In this document: positions 8,419-17,378 of the stretch, one piece after another
How positions within the stretch are numbered: position 1 is the first letter of the stretch
Layout: each line of letters opens with the position of its first letter
Assembly (NCBI GenBank): GCA_964472185.1
Contig: CAYYJK010000003.1
Coordinates: forward strand, 1 to 40,417
DNA from: an uncultured Brevifollis sp.
GTDB lineage: Bacteria > Verrucomicrobiota > Verrucomicrobiia > Verrucomicrobiales > Verrucomicrobiaceae
Length of the DNA stretch: 40,417 nt
Direction: 5' to 3'
Made by a program: the position numbers and the translations under genes
Notes under the pieces: generated by a model
Databases searched by the model: none
Seen by the model: the letters and a program-made list of their open reading frames with translations, nothing else
What the model was told of the DNA's origin: nothing

Positions 8419-10183
8419 ATTGCAATCTCATTTCGACACCACCTTCCTCCCGGCTGAACCAATCCACCTGCCCACCCATCTGCGCGGCCAGACATTGGAT
8501 GACCCGGATGCCCTGGCCAGACTGCCAGCTTGCGGGTTGCCCAGCCCCGTCATCCAGCACCCGCAACTCGCCGCCCTCGGGGCGGCGGATCAGGAGCACC
8601 CCGACCCGCCCCGATCGGCCGCCCGGAAAGGCATGCAGCAAGGCGTTGGCGAGAGCCTCGTGAAGGATCAGGGCCAGCGGCAAAAGGACCGCTTCGTCGA
8701 CCGTCATCGGCAGGTCGAGATCGACCGCCACCTGCTCGGCCGAAATGCCGGCCGCCAGGCGCAACCGCTCGACCAGGCTCTCCGCGAAGGTCTGCAGACG
8801 CGGCGGTTCCCCGGCGCCGAGACCGGCAAGCAGACGGTGCAGATCCGCGACGGCGCGCAAGCGCTGCTGGGTGGAACGCAGCGCGCGCACCGCCCCGGCA
8901 TCCGCAGTGGCATAGGCTTCCAGGTGCAGGAGACTGGACAGCGCCTGCAGATGCTGCTGGACGCGTTCATCGCCGCAGCAACGCAGCGGCTCGTCGCGAG
9001 CTTCGGACGGCGGCGCGCTGTGGAGAAAACCCAACCGCAGACCGGCCGGACCCGCCGCCCAGGACAGGCGCGCGGGCACCTGCGCCGCCACCTCCGCCGC
9101 CGTCAGACCGCACAACTCGGGGCTGCAACGCCCGGTCAGCGCCTCCGCCGCCGGATTGGCCTCGCGCACCCGCCCCGCTTCATCGGCCAGCAGCGCCGCC
9201 AGCGGAGTTTCCAGGAACAGCGAACGGCACCTGGCCTCGACCGCCTGCAACTGCTCCTCCCGCCGCCAGGTTTCGGTGACCTCCTGGACGCCCACGAGCA
9301 CCCCTCCATCCGGCAGGCTGACCGGTTGGAACTCCAGCTGCCGGACCTCTCCGTCCACCGTCGTCAGTGTCAGTACGCGCACTAGCTGGCGGCGCCAGAT
9401 GTCCTCGCGCCAAAGCCTGAGCACCTCCTGTTGGGACGCTTCGTCGGGGCAGCCGGCGTTCAGCCAGGCCGCCACCGGTTCGCCAGGCGGCAGGGGCCGG
9501 CCCAGCAGGGCCTGGAACCGTTGGTTGTGCTCGACAGGCGACCCCAGTTCGTCCAGCACCAGCACCCCCCAAGGCAGGGCGTCGAGCCACTGGCGCAGCC
9601 GGCTTTCGCGGCCGCTGAACACCGCCTCCGCCTCGCGCAGCAGCCGGAGCTCCTGGCGCGCCTGCGCCAGATCGTCCTCGAGCCGGCGCCGTTCCAGCTG
9701 GTCGGCGGCCGGGCCGGGCGCGCTCCAGGGCGCCGGCACCGGTGCCGCCGGCGCGGGCAGCATTTCACAGAGCAGGATGAGCCCGGCGGCGCGGCCATCC
9801 CCGCGCCGCCCCCAGGCGCGCACATCCCAACGGTAGACCGCCTCGCCCTCGGCCACGGTGACCAGGAGTTCCTGATCATCGCTGACCGCCTCGCCGTTGA
9901 GGGCGCGCTGGTAGATCGCATGCCAGCCGGGGTGGAGTTCCGGAAAAACGTCGAACTGGCTCCGCCCCGTCAGCGGCAGCTGATCCTGGAGGTTGAACTG
10001 CTCGACCCAGCGCCGGTTGGCCAGCCGGTAGTGCATCTCCGGATCCAGCACGGCCATCGCCACCGGCGCATGCTCGACCAGGGCGAGCAGCGCTGCCTCC
10101 AGCGGCGCCGGCTCGGCGAGCCCGTCACCGGCCAGCCATGTCGGAGGCGGCTGGGGCAGTGAGGGCAGCAGAAATGAGGACAT
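8411..10183 (-). CDS. multi-PAS HisKA_2-type histidine kinase-like protein with degenerate H-box
   Basis: PAS (EHAPVAMAVLDPEMHYRLANRRW) plus two further PAS-like segments. HisKA_2-like DERVQQHLQALSSLLHLEA and RLRAVADLHRLL; HATPase LHEALANALLHAF and VLDDGAG. Start ATG 10183 preferred. Confidence 0.8.
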   Translation of the reverse strand: MSSFLLPSLPQPPPTWLAGDGLAEPAPLEAALLALVEHAPVAMAVLDPEMHYRLANRRWVEQFNLQDQLPLTGRSQFDVFPELHPGWHAIYQRALNGEAVSDDQELLVTVAEGEAVYRWDVRAWGRRGDGRAAGLILLCEMLPAPAAPVPAPWSAPGPAADQLERRRLEDDLAQARQELRLLREAEAVFSGRESRLRQWLDALPWGVLVLDELGSPVEHNQRFQALLGRPLPPGEPVAAWLNAGCPDEASQQEVLRLWREDIWRRQLVRVLTLTTVDGEVRQLEFQPVSLPDGGVLVGVQEVTETWRREEQLQAVEARCRSLFLETPLAALLADEAGRVREANPAAEALTGRCSPELCGLTAAEVAAQVPARLSWAAGPAGLRLGFLHSAPPSEARDEPLRCCGDERVQQHLQALSSLLHLEAYATADAGAVRALRSTQQRLRAVADLHRLLAGLGAGEPPRLQTFAESLVERLRLAAGISAEQVAVDLDLPMTVDEAVLLPLALILHEALANALLHAFPGGRSGRVGVLLIRRPEGGELRVLDDGAGQPASWQSGQGIRVIQCLAAQMGGQVDWFSREEGGVEMRLQFP

Positions 10184-10241
10184 GGCGGCGGCAACCGGCG
10201 GAACGAGGCTGAGGCTAGCCGCCCCGCTCACTCTCAACAAG

Positions 10242-10275
10242 GCGAAAACCGCATTTCGATGCGTCGCATTTTCGC
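10242..10275 (-). terminator. possible terminator hairpin after rlmH
   Basis: CGCAT-TTCG-ATGCG hairpin nested in GCGAAAA...TTTTCGC; on the minus strand it is followed by GTTTT. Confidence 0.4.
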
Positions 10276-10280
10276 GAACC

Positions 10281-10727
10281 TCACTCGCGATGGTAGGGTT
10301 CCCCGCGCAGGATGCTGTAGGCGCGGTACAGCTGCTCGGCGAGGATCACCAGGGCGATCTCGTGCTGGAGGGTGAAGGAGGACAGGGTCCAGCACTCGTC
10401 GGCACGCTCGCGCAGGGCCGGGCTGTGACCGTCCGCGCCGCCGATGATCAGGCTGGCGCGCTTGGTGCCGTGCAGATCGTGCTGCTCGATCCAGCGCGCC
10501 AGTTCCAGACTGCGCCGCGCCTTGCCGCGTTCATCGAGCACGATGCGCAGGCTGTCGGCGCTGGCCTGCAGCAGCTGCGCTTCGACCTGGTCCCGCGGCC
10601 CCTCCTTGACGACCACATGCTCGACACGCGCGACGCGGCGCAGGCGGCCCAGATAGTCCTCGAGACCGGCGCGCGCCCAAGGCAGCGCCGGCTTGCCAAC
10701 GGTGATGATGCGCCAATGCATGTCCAT
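10281..10727 (-). CDS. rlmH: 23S rRNA (pseudouridine1915-N3)-methyltransferase
   Basis: Motifs IITVGK, VLDERGK, IIGGADG, LSSFTLQHEIALVILAEQLYRA, GEPYHRE. Confidence 0.95.
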   Translation of the reverse strand: MDMHWRIITVGKPALPWARAGLEDYLGRLRRVARVEHVVVKEGPRDQVEAQLLQASADSLRIVLDERGKARRSLELARWIEQHDLHGTKRASLIIGGADGHSPALRERADECWTLSSFTLQHEIALVILAEQLYRAYSILRGEPYHRE

Positions 10728-10914
10728 TCATCGGCGCTGGACGCCCGTTTGCCAGCGCCGGCATGGGCAAACCGCAACCGCGGCAAGGCGGCGCGGTCCG
10801 CGCCGCCGGTCTTCGGGCTTTTTCGGCGTTTTCCCGAAGCGATTTCCGAATTCTTCGGTGGCTGCGCTTGACTTCCGGCTCGGCTCTTGCTTCAACAGAC
10901 GTTCCGATTCCATC

Positions 10915-11838
10915 ATGCCCGCCTATCTCAGAGCGCAAGACCGAGGCGTGGAGTACCCCCTGCAGGACTTCAACCTCTTCGGCCGCAGTCCGGATGCCTC
11001 CATCCGGCTCACGGATGCGGGCGTGTCGCGCCAGCACGCCACCATCCGCCGGGACGGCAACCTGTACTGGCTCTCCGACCTGGGCAGCGCCAACGGCAGC
11101 TTCGTCAACGACGTGGCGGTGACCACCGCCCGCGCCCTGCGCCATGGCGACCGCATCCAGCTCGGCACCTGCGTCTTCACCTTCGAAACCGACGAAGGGG
11201 ACCCGATCTACCAGACCCACTCCAGCTCGCAGCAGCACACCATCGCCCTGCCGATGAAATCCGTGCGCGCCACGCTGCTGGTCGGCGATCTGCGCAACTT
11301 CACCAGCCTCTCCGCCCAGCTCAGCGCCGAGCAGGTCGCCGCCATGCTGCGCGAATGGTACGCCGACTGCGAACGCATCCTGAAGCCGCGCGGGGCGATC
11401 ATCGACAAGTTCATCGGCGACGGCGTGTTCGCCTACTGGGCGGGTGACAGCCTCGAGGGGCGCGCCAAGGCCACCGAGGCGGCGCGGCTGCTGAGCAGTC
11501 CGCAGGCCAGCGAATCGCCGGTGCGCAAGATGCTGCGCGACACGAAGAACCTCGAAGTCCACTGCCACGTCGGCCTGAACATCGGCGACGTCGCGCTCGG
11601 CGCCATGGGCCGCGGCGTCAACACGGCGGTCGGCGAGGCGGTGAACGTGACTTTCCGCATCGAGAGCCTGACGCGCAAGCTGCAGGTGCCGGTGCTCGCC
11701 GGCGCACCGTTCCTGGAAGGCTGGCCGGAAGGGCTGCAGCACTTCAAGAACGTCGGCATCCATCCGGTGAAAGGCCAGCCTGAACCGGTCGAAGTGTATG
11801 CGCTGGTGGAAAGCCAGCCGGTGCTCGACGGCCACTGA
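10915..11838 (+). CDS. FHA-domain class III adenylate/guanylate cyclase
   Basis: FHA motifs FGRS, VSRQHA, DLGSANG. Cyclase motifs LVGDLRNFT, DKFIGDG, TAVGEAVNVTFRIE. Confidence 0.9.
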   Translation: MPAYLRAQDRGVEYPLQDFNLFGRSPDASIRLTDAGVSRQHATIRRDGNLYWLSDLGSANGSFVNDVAVTTARALRHGDRIQLGTCVFTFETDEGDPIYQTHSSSQQHTIALPMKSVRATLLVGDLRNFTSLSAQLSAEQVAAMLREWYADCERILKPRGAIIDKFIGDGVFAYWAGDSLEGRAKATEAARLLSSPQASESPVRKMLRDTKNLEVHCHVGLNIGDVALGAMGRGVNTAVGEAVNVTFRIESLTRKLQVPVLAGAPFLEGWPEGLQHFKNVGIHPVKGQPEPVEVYALVESQPVLDGH

Positions 11839-11890
11839 GACGCGGCCCGGCGCAAGCGCGGAGCGTATTGGCATCGCTCCCGTCTTCCGG

Positions 11891-12628
11891 ATGATTCCCA
11901 GCCTCGATCAGCGCCTGGCCCTGCGCCAACGCCCGCCTCAGCCCGTGGTGATGCACCAGCGCTGGGAACAGCTGCTGTTCCTGCACTGGGCCTTTGATCC
12001 GGCCCTCGTGCAGGCCAGCCTGCCCGCCGGCCTGCACGTCGACACCTTCGGGGACCGCGCCTGGATCGGTCTGGTGCCGTTCTTCATGCGCGGCATCCGC
12101 CCGCGCTTTTGTCCGGCTGTGCCGGGCATCAGCAACTTCCTCGAACTCAACCTGCGCACCTACGTGCACGACGGGGCCGGGCGTCCCGGCGTGTGGTTCT
12201 ACTCGCTCGACTGCAACCAGCCGCTGGCGGTGACCCTTGCCCGCACGCTGTTCCACCTGCCCTACGAGCACGCCCGCATGCAGGCGGCGACGGCCGCGGA
12301 CGGCACGATCCATTATCAGAGCCAACGCCCGGAGCCGAATGCACCGGCCTCGCGCTTCAGCTACCGGCTGCAGGCCGACTGCCGAATCGCCGAACCCGGC
12401 AGTCTGGCGTTTTTCCTGGCCGAGCGCTACCTGCTCTACGCCCGCACACCCCGGGGGCTGCGGACGGGGCGCGTGCACCACGCGCCCTACCCCCTGGCAG
12501 ACGCGGAAGTCAGCGCCTGGAACGATCCCCTGTTCGCGCACAACGGCCTGCCCAGCCCCGGACGCGCACCGGACCATGCCATGGGCTCGCCGGGCGTGGC
12601 CGTCACGGTTCATGCGCTGACAAAATGA
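11891..12628 (+). CDS. YqjF/DUF2071 family protein
   Basis: Motifs MHQRWEQLLFLHW, AWIGLVPF, FLELNLRTYV, PGVWFYSLD, FLAERY. Confidence 0.88.
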   Translation: MIPSLDQRLALRQRPPQPVVMHQRWEQLLFLHWAFDPALVQASLPAGLHVDTFGDRAWIGLVPFFMRGIRPRFCPAVPGISNFLELNLRTYVHDGAGRPGVWFYSLDCNQPLAVTLARTLFHLPYEHARMQAATAADGTIHYQSQRPEPNAPASRFSYRLQADCRIAEPGSLAFFLAERYLLYARTPRGLRTGRVHHAPYPLADAEVSAWNDPLFAHNGLPSPGRAPDHAMGSPGVAVTVHALTK

Positions 12629-12699
12629 ATCCGCGCCGAAGGTTTCGCGCTTCCCCGGCTGCAAGATTGCCCTCAGAATCCGGGTTCCCTTCCCTCGCC

Positions 12700-13605
12700 A
12701 TGTCCGACCGACGCACCTTCCTGAAAAACGCCGCTCTCCTGGGCGGCTCCCTTGCCCTTGGCGCCCCAGCCGCCGCCGCGGCCCCGCGGCCCAACGAACT
12801 CTGCTTTTTCACCAAGCACCTGCAGGGCCTGGCCTTCGACGACATCGCCGGTCTGGCCGTCGAGATGGGCGTGGACGGCATCGAGGCGCCGGTGCGGCCC
12901 CAGGGACACGTCGAGCCCGGGCAGGTCGAGGTCGAGCTGCCGCGGCTGGTGGAGGCCCTGAAGAAGCAGGGGCTGCAGCTCAGCATCATGACGTCGGGCA
13001 TCAACCAGGTCAGCGCCGAGCAGCACACGGAGAAAGTCCTGCGCACCGCCGCCGCGCTCGGCGTCAAGCGCTACCGGATGAACTACTTCAAGTACGACCT
13101 GAAGAAGCCCATCTGGGCGCAGCTGCAGGAGATCCGGCCGATGGTGAAGGACCTGGTTCAGCTCAGCCGCGAACTCGGCATCCAGCCGCTGTTCCAGAAC
13201 CACTCCGGCAAGGACTACTTCGGGGCGCCGATCTGGGACATGTACTCGATCATGCGCGAGTATCCGCCGGCGCAGTTCGGGTTCGTCTACGACATCTACC
13301 ACGCCACGCTCGAAGGCGGCCTGGCCTGGCCGTTGAGTGCCGCGCTGACGGCGGAGCACTGGGGCGCCGTGTACTTCAAGGATTTCCAGTGGAAGGGGCG
13401 CAAGTCCGAAGGCTGCCCGCTCGGCCAGGGCCAGGTGAATCCCGAGTTTGCCCAGCTGCTGCGCCAGCGCGGCTACGCCGGCCCGATCTCCCTGCATGTC
13501 GAGTACCTCAAGGGCAACGCCAAGGATCCGGCCTTCCTTAAGGCCTGCCGCGAGGCCCACGTGCGCGACTTCAAGGTGCTCAAGGAATGGATGGGCTGGG
13601 CCTGA
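12700..13605 (+). CDS. Tat-exported sugar-phosphate isomerase/epimerase family protein (xylose isomerase-like TIM barrel)
   Basis: Twin-arginine signal MSDRRTFLKNAALLGG; motifs FTKHLQ, VRPQGHV, QNHSG, YDIYHA, YFKDF, PISLHVEY. Confidence 0.85.
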   Translation: MSDRRTFLKNAALLGGSLALGAPAAAAAPRPNELCFFTKHLQGLAFDDIAGLAVEMGVDGIEAPVRPQGHVEPGQVEVELPRLVEALKKQGLQLSIMTSGINQVSAEQHTEKVLRTAAALGVKRYRMNYFKYDLKKPIWAQLQEIRPMVKDLVQLSRELGIQPLFQNHSGKDYFGAPIWDMYSIMREYPPAQFGFVYDIYHATLEGGLAWPLSAALTAEHWGAVYFKDFQWKGRKSEGCPLGQGQVNPEFAQLLRQRGYAGPISLHVEYLKGNAKDPAFLKACREAHVRDFKVLKEWMGWA

Positions 13606-13619
13606 ACCCCACGCGCCGC

Positions 13620-14843
13620 ATGCGACTCCCGCTCCTTCTCCTGCTCGGCAGCCTCGCCGGCCTGCACGCCGCCGACTGGCCGCAGTTCCTCGGCCCGCAG
13701 CGCACCGGCAGCGCCGACGCCGCGGAGCCGCCGCTGCCCGAACGCTGGGCCGCCGACACGCCGCCGCTCTGGCAGAAAGCGGTCGGCTCCGGATTTGCCG
13801 GGCCGGTGGTCGCGGCAGGCAAGGTGATCGTGTTCCACCGCGAAGGCGGTGACATGACCACCGAAGCGCTCGACGCCGCCACCGGCCGGGTGCTCTGGCG
13901 CCACGCCTACGTCACCGACTACGTCGACAGCTTCGGTTTTGACAACGGGCCGCGCGCGACGCCGGCCGTCGCCGGTGGCCGGGTGTTCACGCACGGCCCG
14001 GAAGGCCGCGTGACCGCGCTGGATCTCGCCACCGGCAAGGAACTCTGGGCCTGCGACACCGTCGCCAGCTTCGGCTCGCCGCAGGGGTTCTTCGGCCGCG
14101 CGCCGTCGCCGCTGGTGCTCGGCGGGCGCGTGTTCATCGCGGCCGGCGGCCGGCGCAACGACGCCCCGGCCGGGCTGATCGCGCTGAACGCGGCCGACGG
14201 CCGCCCGGCCTGGCAGGCGGTCGATGACGAGGCCGGCTACGCCTCGCCGGTGGCGGCTTCGCCGGCGCGCGTGCTGGCCTGGATGCGCAACCGCCTCTGG
14301 CTGGTCGATGCCGCCGAGGGCCGGGTGCTTCAGTCGCTGCCGCTGCGTTCGGACATGGACGCCTCCGTCAACGCGGCCACCCCGCTCGACTGCGGCGCCG
14401 GCCGCTGGCTGGTCTCGGCCGGCTACGGCGTCGGCGCCCATCTGCTGCGGTTCGGCGACGGGCCGGGGCCGGAGACGCTCTGGCGGCGCGAGGACAGCCT
14501 CGACTGCCATTACAGCACGCCAGTGATACGCGACGGCCACGTTTACGGCTTTCACGGCCGCCAGGAGACCGGCCAGGCGCTGCGCTGCGTGAGCCTCGAC
14601 GACGGCAAGGTGCGCTGGGAATCCCCGCGGGTGCCGGGCGGCACCCTGGTGCGGGCCGGCGACAAGCTCGCGGTCGTCACCGAGCAGGGCGAACTCTGGA
14701 TCGTGCGCGCGACGCCCGAACGCTTCGACCTGCTGGCCAGCCGGCAGATCCTGCGCGCCGGCCATCGCAGCCATCCCGCCCTTGCCGACGGCGTGCTGTA
14801 CGCCCGCGACAGCGAGCACCTGGCGGCGATTCCGCTGCGCTGA
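13620..14843 (+). CDS. PQQ-binding-like beta-propeller repeat protein (secreted)
   Basis: Signal peptide, then DWPQFLGP; repeated ALD..TG..LW blades; GPRATP. Confidence 0.85.
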   Translation: MRLPLLLLLGSLAGLHAADWPQFLGPQRTGSADAAEPPLPERWAADTPPLWQKAVGSGFAGPVVAAGKVIVFHREGGDMTTEALDAATGRVLWRHAYVTDYVDSFGFDNGPRATPAVAGGRVFTHGPEGRVTALDLATGKELWACDTVASFGSPQGFFGRAPSPLVLGGRVFIAAGGRRNDAPAGLIALNAADGRPAWQAVDDEAGYASPVAASPARVLAWMRNRLWLVDAAEGRVLQSLPLRSDMDASVNAATPLDCGAGRWLVSAGYGVGAHLLRFGDGPGPETLWRREDSLDCHYSTPVIRDGHVYGFHGRQETGQALRCVSLDDGKVRWESPRVPGGTLVRAGDKLAVVTEQGELWIVRATPERFDLLASRQILRAGHRSHPALADGVLYARDSEHLAAIPLR

Positions 14844-14854
14844 GCCGAGGCGTC

Positions 14855-14883
14855 TTGCAGGCCCGCGCCGCCGCCGCTATGGG
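14855..14883 (+). promoter_or_regulatory. candidate sigma70 promoter (near-leaderless) for the DUF374 gene
   Basis: TTGCAG-N17-TATGGG, ending 9 nt before ATG 14893. Confidence 0.4.
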
Positions 14884-14892
14884 TGGCGGCCC

Positions 14893-15519
14893 ATGGCCAA
14901 GATCCGCATCAAGAACATCGGCAAAGTCATCGCGCTGCTCATGCGCGCGATCGGCGCGACGCTGCGCTTTGAAGTCGAGGACCGGGCCGGCGCCTTTCAA
15001 ACCGGCCGCAGCGGCTGGATCTGGGCCTTCTGGCACAACCGGATGTTCGTCATCCCCTACATTCACGACCTCTGGTTCGCGCACATTCCCGGCGCCATCC
15101 TGACCAGCCCGAGCGGCGACGGCCAGATCATCGCCGACGTCTGCGCAACCTTCGGTTTCGAGGCGGCGCGCGGCTCCAGCTCGAAGCCGCAGAAGGGTCT
15201 GGGCGCGCTCATCCTGATGGCTGAGAAGGTCCGGGAGGGGCGCGACATCGGCATCACGCCGGACGGGCCGCGCGGCCCGAAGTACCAGCTGCAGCCGGGC
15301 ATCATCAAACTCGCCCAGCTCACCGGCGGCCGCATCGTGCCGGTGCGCGTCGAATACAGCCGCGCGCTGCGCTTCAAGACCTGGGACGCGTTCATGCTGC
15401 CCCTGCCCTTCTCGACCGTGAAGGTCGTCTTCGAGCCCACGCACAGCGTGCCGCGCAAGCTGTCCGAGGAGGAGTTCGAGGCGGAGCGCCTGCGTCTGGA
15501 GCAGGCGCTGGGCCGCTAG
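14893..15519 (+). CDS. lysophospholipid acyltransferase family protein (DUF374)
   Basis: Motifs AFWHNR, SPSGDG, RGSS, ITPDGPRGP, TWDAFMLPLPF. Confidence 0.9.
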   Translation: MAKIRIKNIGKVIALLMRAIGATLRFEVEDRAGAFQTGRSGWIWAFWHNRMFVIPYIHDLWFAHIPGAILTSPSGDGQIIADVCATFGFEAARGSSSKPQKGLGALILMAEKVREGRDIGITPDGPRGPKYQLQPGIIKLAQLTGGRIVPVRVEYSRALRFKTWDAFMLPLPFSTVKVVFEPTHSVPRKLSEEEFEAERLRLEQALGR

Positions 15520-15525
15520 CCCGGG

Positions 15526-16467
15526 TCAGCCCAGGGAGTCGGCCGCCAGCGCGGCGTTGCCGATGATGCCGGACTCGTTGCTGAACTTCGCCGGCAGGAT
15601 CTGCAGGCGCTCCCAGACGACGGTGCTGAGCATCGACTGCACCTTGCGCTTGAGCGGGTTGAAGATGAGATCGCCGGCCTGGGCGACGCCGCCGCCGATG
15701 ACGAAGGCGTCCGGATTGAGCAGCCAGGCGATGCTGGCCAGGGCGGAGCCGAGCCAGTCAGCCACCTCCTCCCAGATCTGGCGAGCGATGGCTTCGCCGG
15801 CCTGCGCGGCCTCGGCGATCTGCTTGGGCGTGCACTCCTCCAGGGTCTTGCGGATGCCGGCCTCGGCGTAGCGCTGCACGGCATGCTCGGCGATCTGCAG
15901 GTTGCCGGTGTACTTCTCCAGCGCCCCGAGGTTGCCGTAATGGCCGGCCCGGCCGTCAAAGTGGATGCTCATCTGGCCGATCTCGCCGGCGACGCAGCCC
16001 GCCCCGCGGAACAGCCGGCCGTTGAGGATGAGGCCGCCGCCGATGCCGGTGCCCATGGTCAGGGCGACAACGTTCTGGAGCCCGCGCGCGGCGCCGTAGC
16101 GGAACTCGGCGTAGGCCATGGCGTTGGCGTCGTTTTCGACCACGACCGGCAGGCCGGTCTTCTCGCCCAGGATGGTCTTCAGAGGCACGTGCTTCCAGCC
16201 GGGCACGTTGGTGAGCTCGTGGACGAAGCCCTGGTCGAAGTCGACCAGCCCGGGCACGCCGACGCCGATCGCGGCGATGTCGGGGTGGGTCTCGCGCAGC
16301 TTGGCGACACGCACCGCCATCTCGCCGATGAGGGCGGCCGGGCCGGCGAAGTTCGCCGTCGGGATCGGCGTGTCCGTGCACAGCAGTTCGCCGTCGCGGC
16401 AGACGCCGAGTTTCACGGAGGTGCCGCCAAAATCAATGCCGACCGAAGTGATGGGGTGCTCAGCCAT
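15526..16467 (-). CDS. ROK family sugar kinase (glucokinase-like)
   Basis: Motifs GIDFGGT, GVGVPG, ENDAN, TMGTGIGGG, GEIGQ. No N-terminal HTH. Confidence 0.92.
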   Translation of the reverse strand: MAEHPITSVGIDFGGTSVKLGVCRDGELLCTDTPIPTANFAGPAALIGEMAVRVAKLRETHPDIAAIGVGVPGLVDFDQGFVHELTNVPGWKHVPLKTILGEKTGLPVVVENDANAMAYAEFRYGAARGLQNVVALTMGTGIGGGLILNGRLFRGAGCVAGEIGQMSIHFDGRAGHYGNLGALEKYTGNLQIAEHAVQRYAEAGIRKTLEECTPKQIAEAAQAGEAIARQIWEEVADWLGSALASIAWLLNPDAFVIGGGVAQAGDLIFNPLKRKVQSMLSTVVWERLQILPAKFSNESGIIGNAALAADSLG

Positions 16468-17209
16468 GGGAGGGGGCGCGGAGATTGCCCACCAAACGCA
16501 GGCCGTGCAAGGTCAAATCGGGGTCGACCGCGACGGTTTCCTCCAGGCCGGAGACGATCCAGGCGGCATCGCCGCCGGTGGCCACCAGGTGCACCGGCCG
16601 GTCCGCCGGCAGCTCCCGGCGCAGCGCCTCGAGGATGCCGCGGATCATGCCGCGGTAGCCGATCGCCGCCCCGGCAAGGATGGCGTCGACGGTGGACTGG
16701 CCGATGGCGGAGGCGGGCTCGCGCAGCTCGACCCGGGGCAGCAGGGCGGTGCGCTCGTGCAGGTAGTCGGTCATCAGGCGCAGGCCGGGCGCGATCACCC
16801 CGCCGACGTAGTGGCGGTCGGACGAAAGGATGTCGAAGGTGACGGCCGTGCCGAAGTCGATGACGACGCCCGGCGCGCCGTGCAGGTGGGCCAGCGCCAC
16901 GGCGTTGGCCAGGCGGTCGGGACCGATGGTCTCCGGCGCGGGATAGCGGATGCCGATGCCCATCGGCGTCCCGGGTCCCAGCACCGTCAAGGCCGGCTCG
17001 AGCACCTCGCGGAACGGCGCCACGGCCGCGGGCACGACGCTGCAGAGGACGGCATGGCCGAACTGCCAGCCGTCCAGCGCCAAGCGCACCCGCCCGGCGT
17101 CCAGGCCGGCGGTGGGGCAGTCGCGGCGGTCCAGGATGGCATCTCGGGAGGCGAGGCCGAGTTTGGTGCGGCCGTTGCCCACGTCGACCAGGAGGTATTC
17201 GGCGGTCAT
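16460..17209 (-). CDS. coaX: type III pantothenate kinase
   Basis: Motifs VDVGNGRTK, IGPDR, VIDFGTAVTFD, GGVIAPG, ATGG. Overlaps the ROK gene start by 8 nt. Confidence 0.95.
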   Translation of the reverse strand: MTAEYLLVDVGNGRTKLGLASRDAILDRRDCPTAGLDAGRVRLALDGWQFGHAVLCSVVPAAVAPFREVLEPALTVLGPGTPMGIGIRYPAPETIGPDRLANAVALAHLHGAPGVVIDFGTAVTFDILSSDRHYVGGVIAPGLRLMTDYLHERTALLPRVELREPASAIGQSTVDAILAGAAIGYRGMIRGILEALRRELPADRPVHLVATGGDAAWIVSGLEETVAVDPDLTLHGLRLVGNLRAPSHG

Positions 17210-17378
17210 TGGCCGCTTCTATGGACGGGAGGGGCGGTCCGGGCAAGAAATTCGGCAGCCGCCGGCGGGGCAGCCTTGAAAAACCGGTTGCGAAAGGGCG
17301 GATTCCATCCACTATGCCCGCCCCTCGTCCGGTTCGCCCCTCATGGGAACAGCGTTGGCGGGGACAACACGTGAGTTT

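Noticed and set aside
10732-10760. 9-bp stem CGGCGCTGG/CCAGCGCCG just upstream of rlmH
   Set aside because: A single GC-rich hairpin with no second copy or recognisable RNA family; not enough to call.
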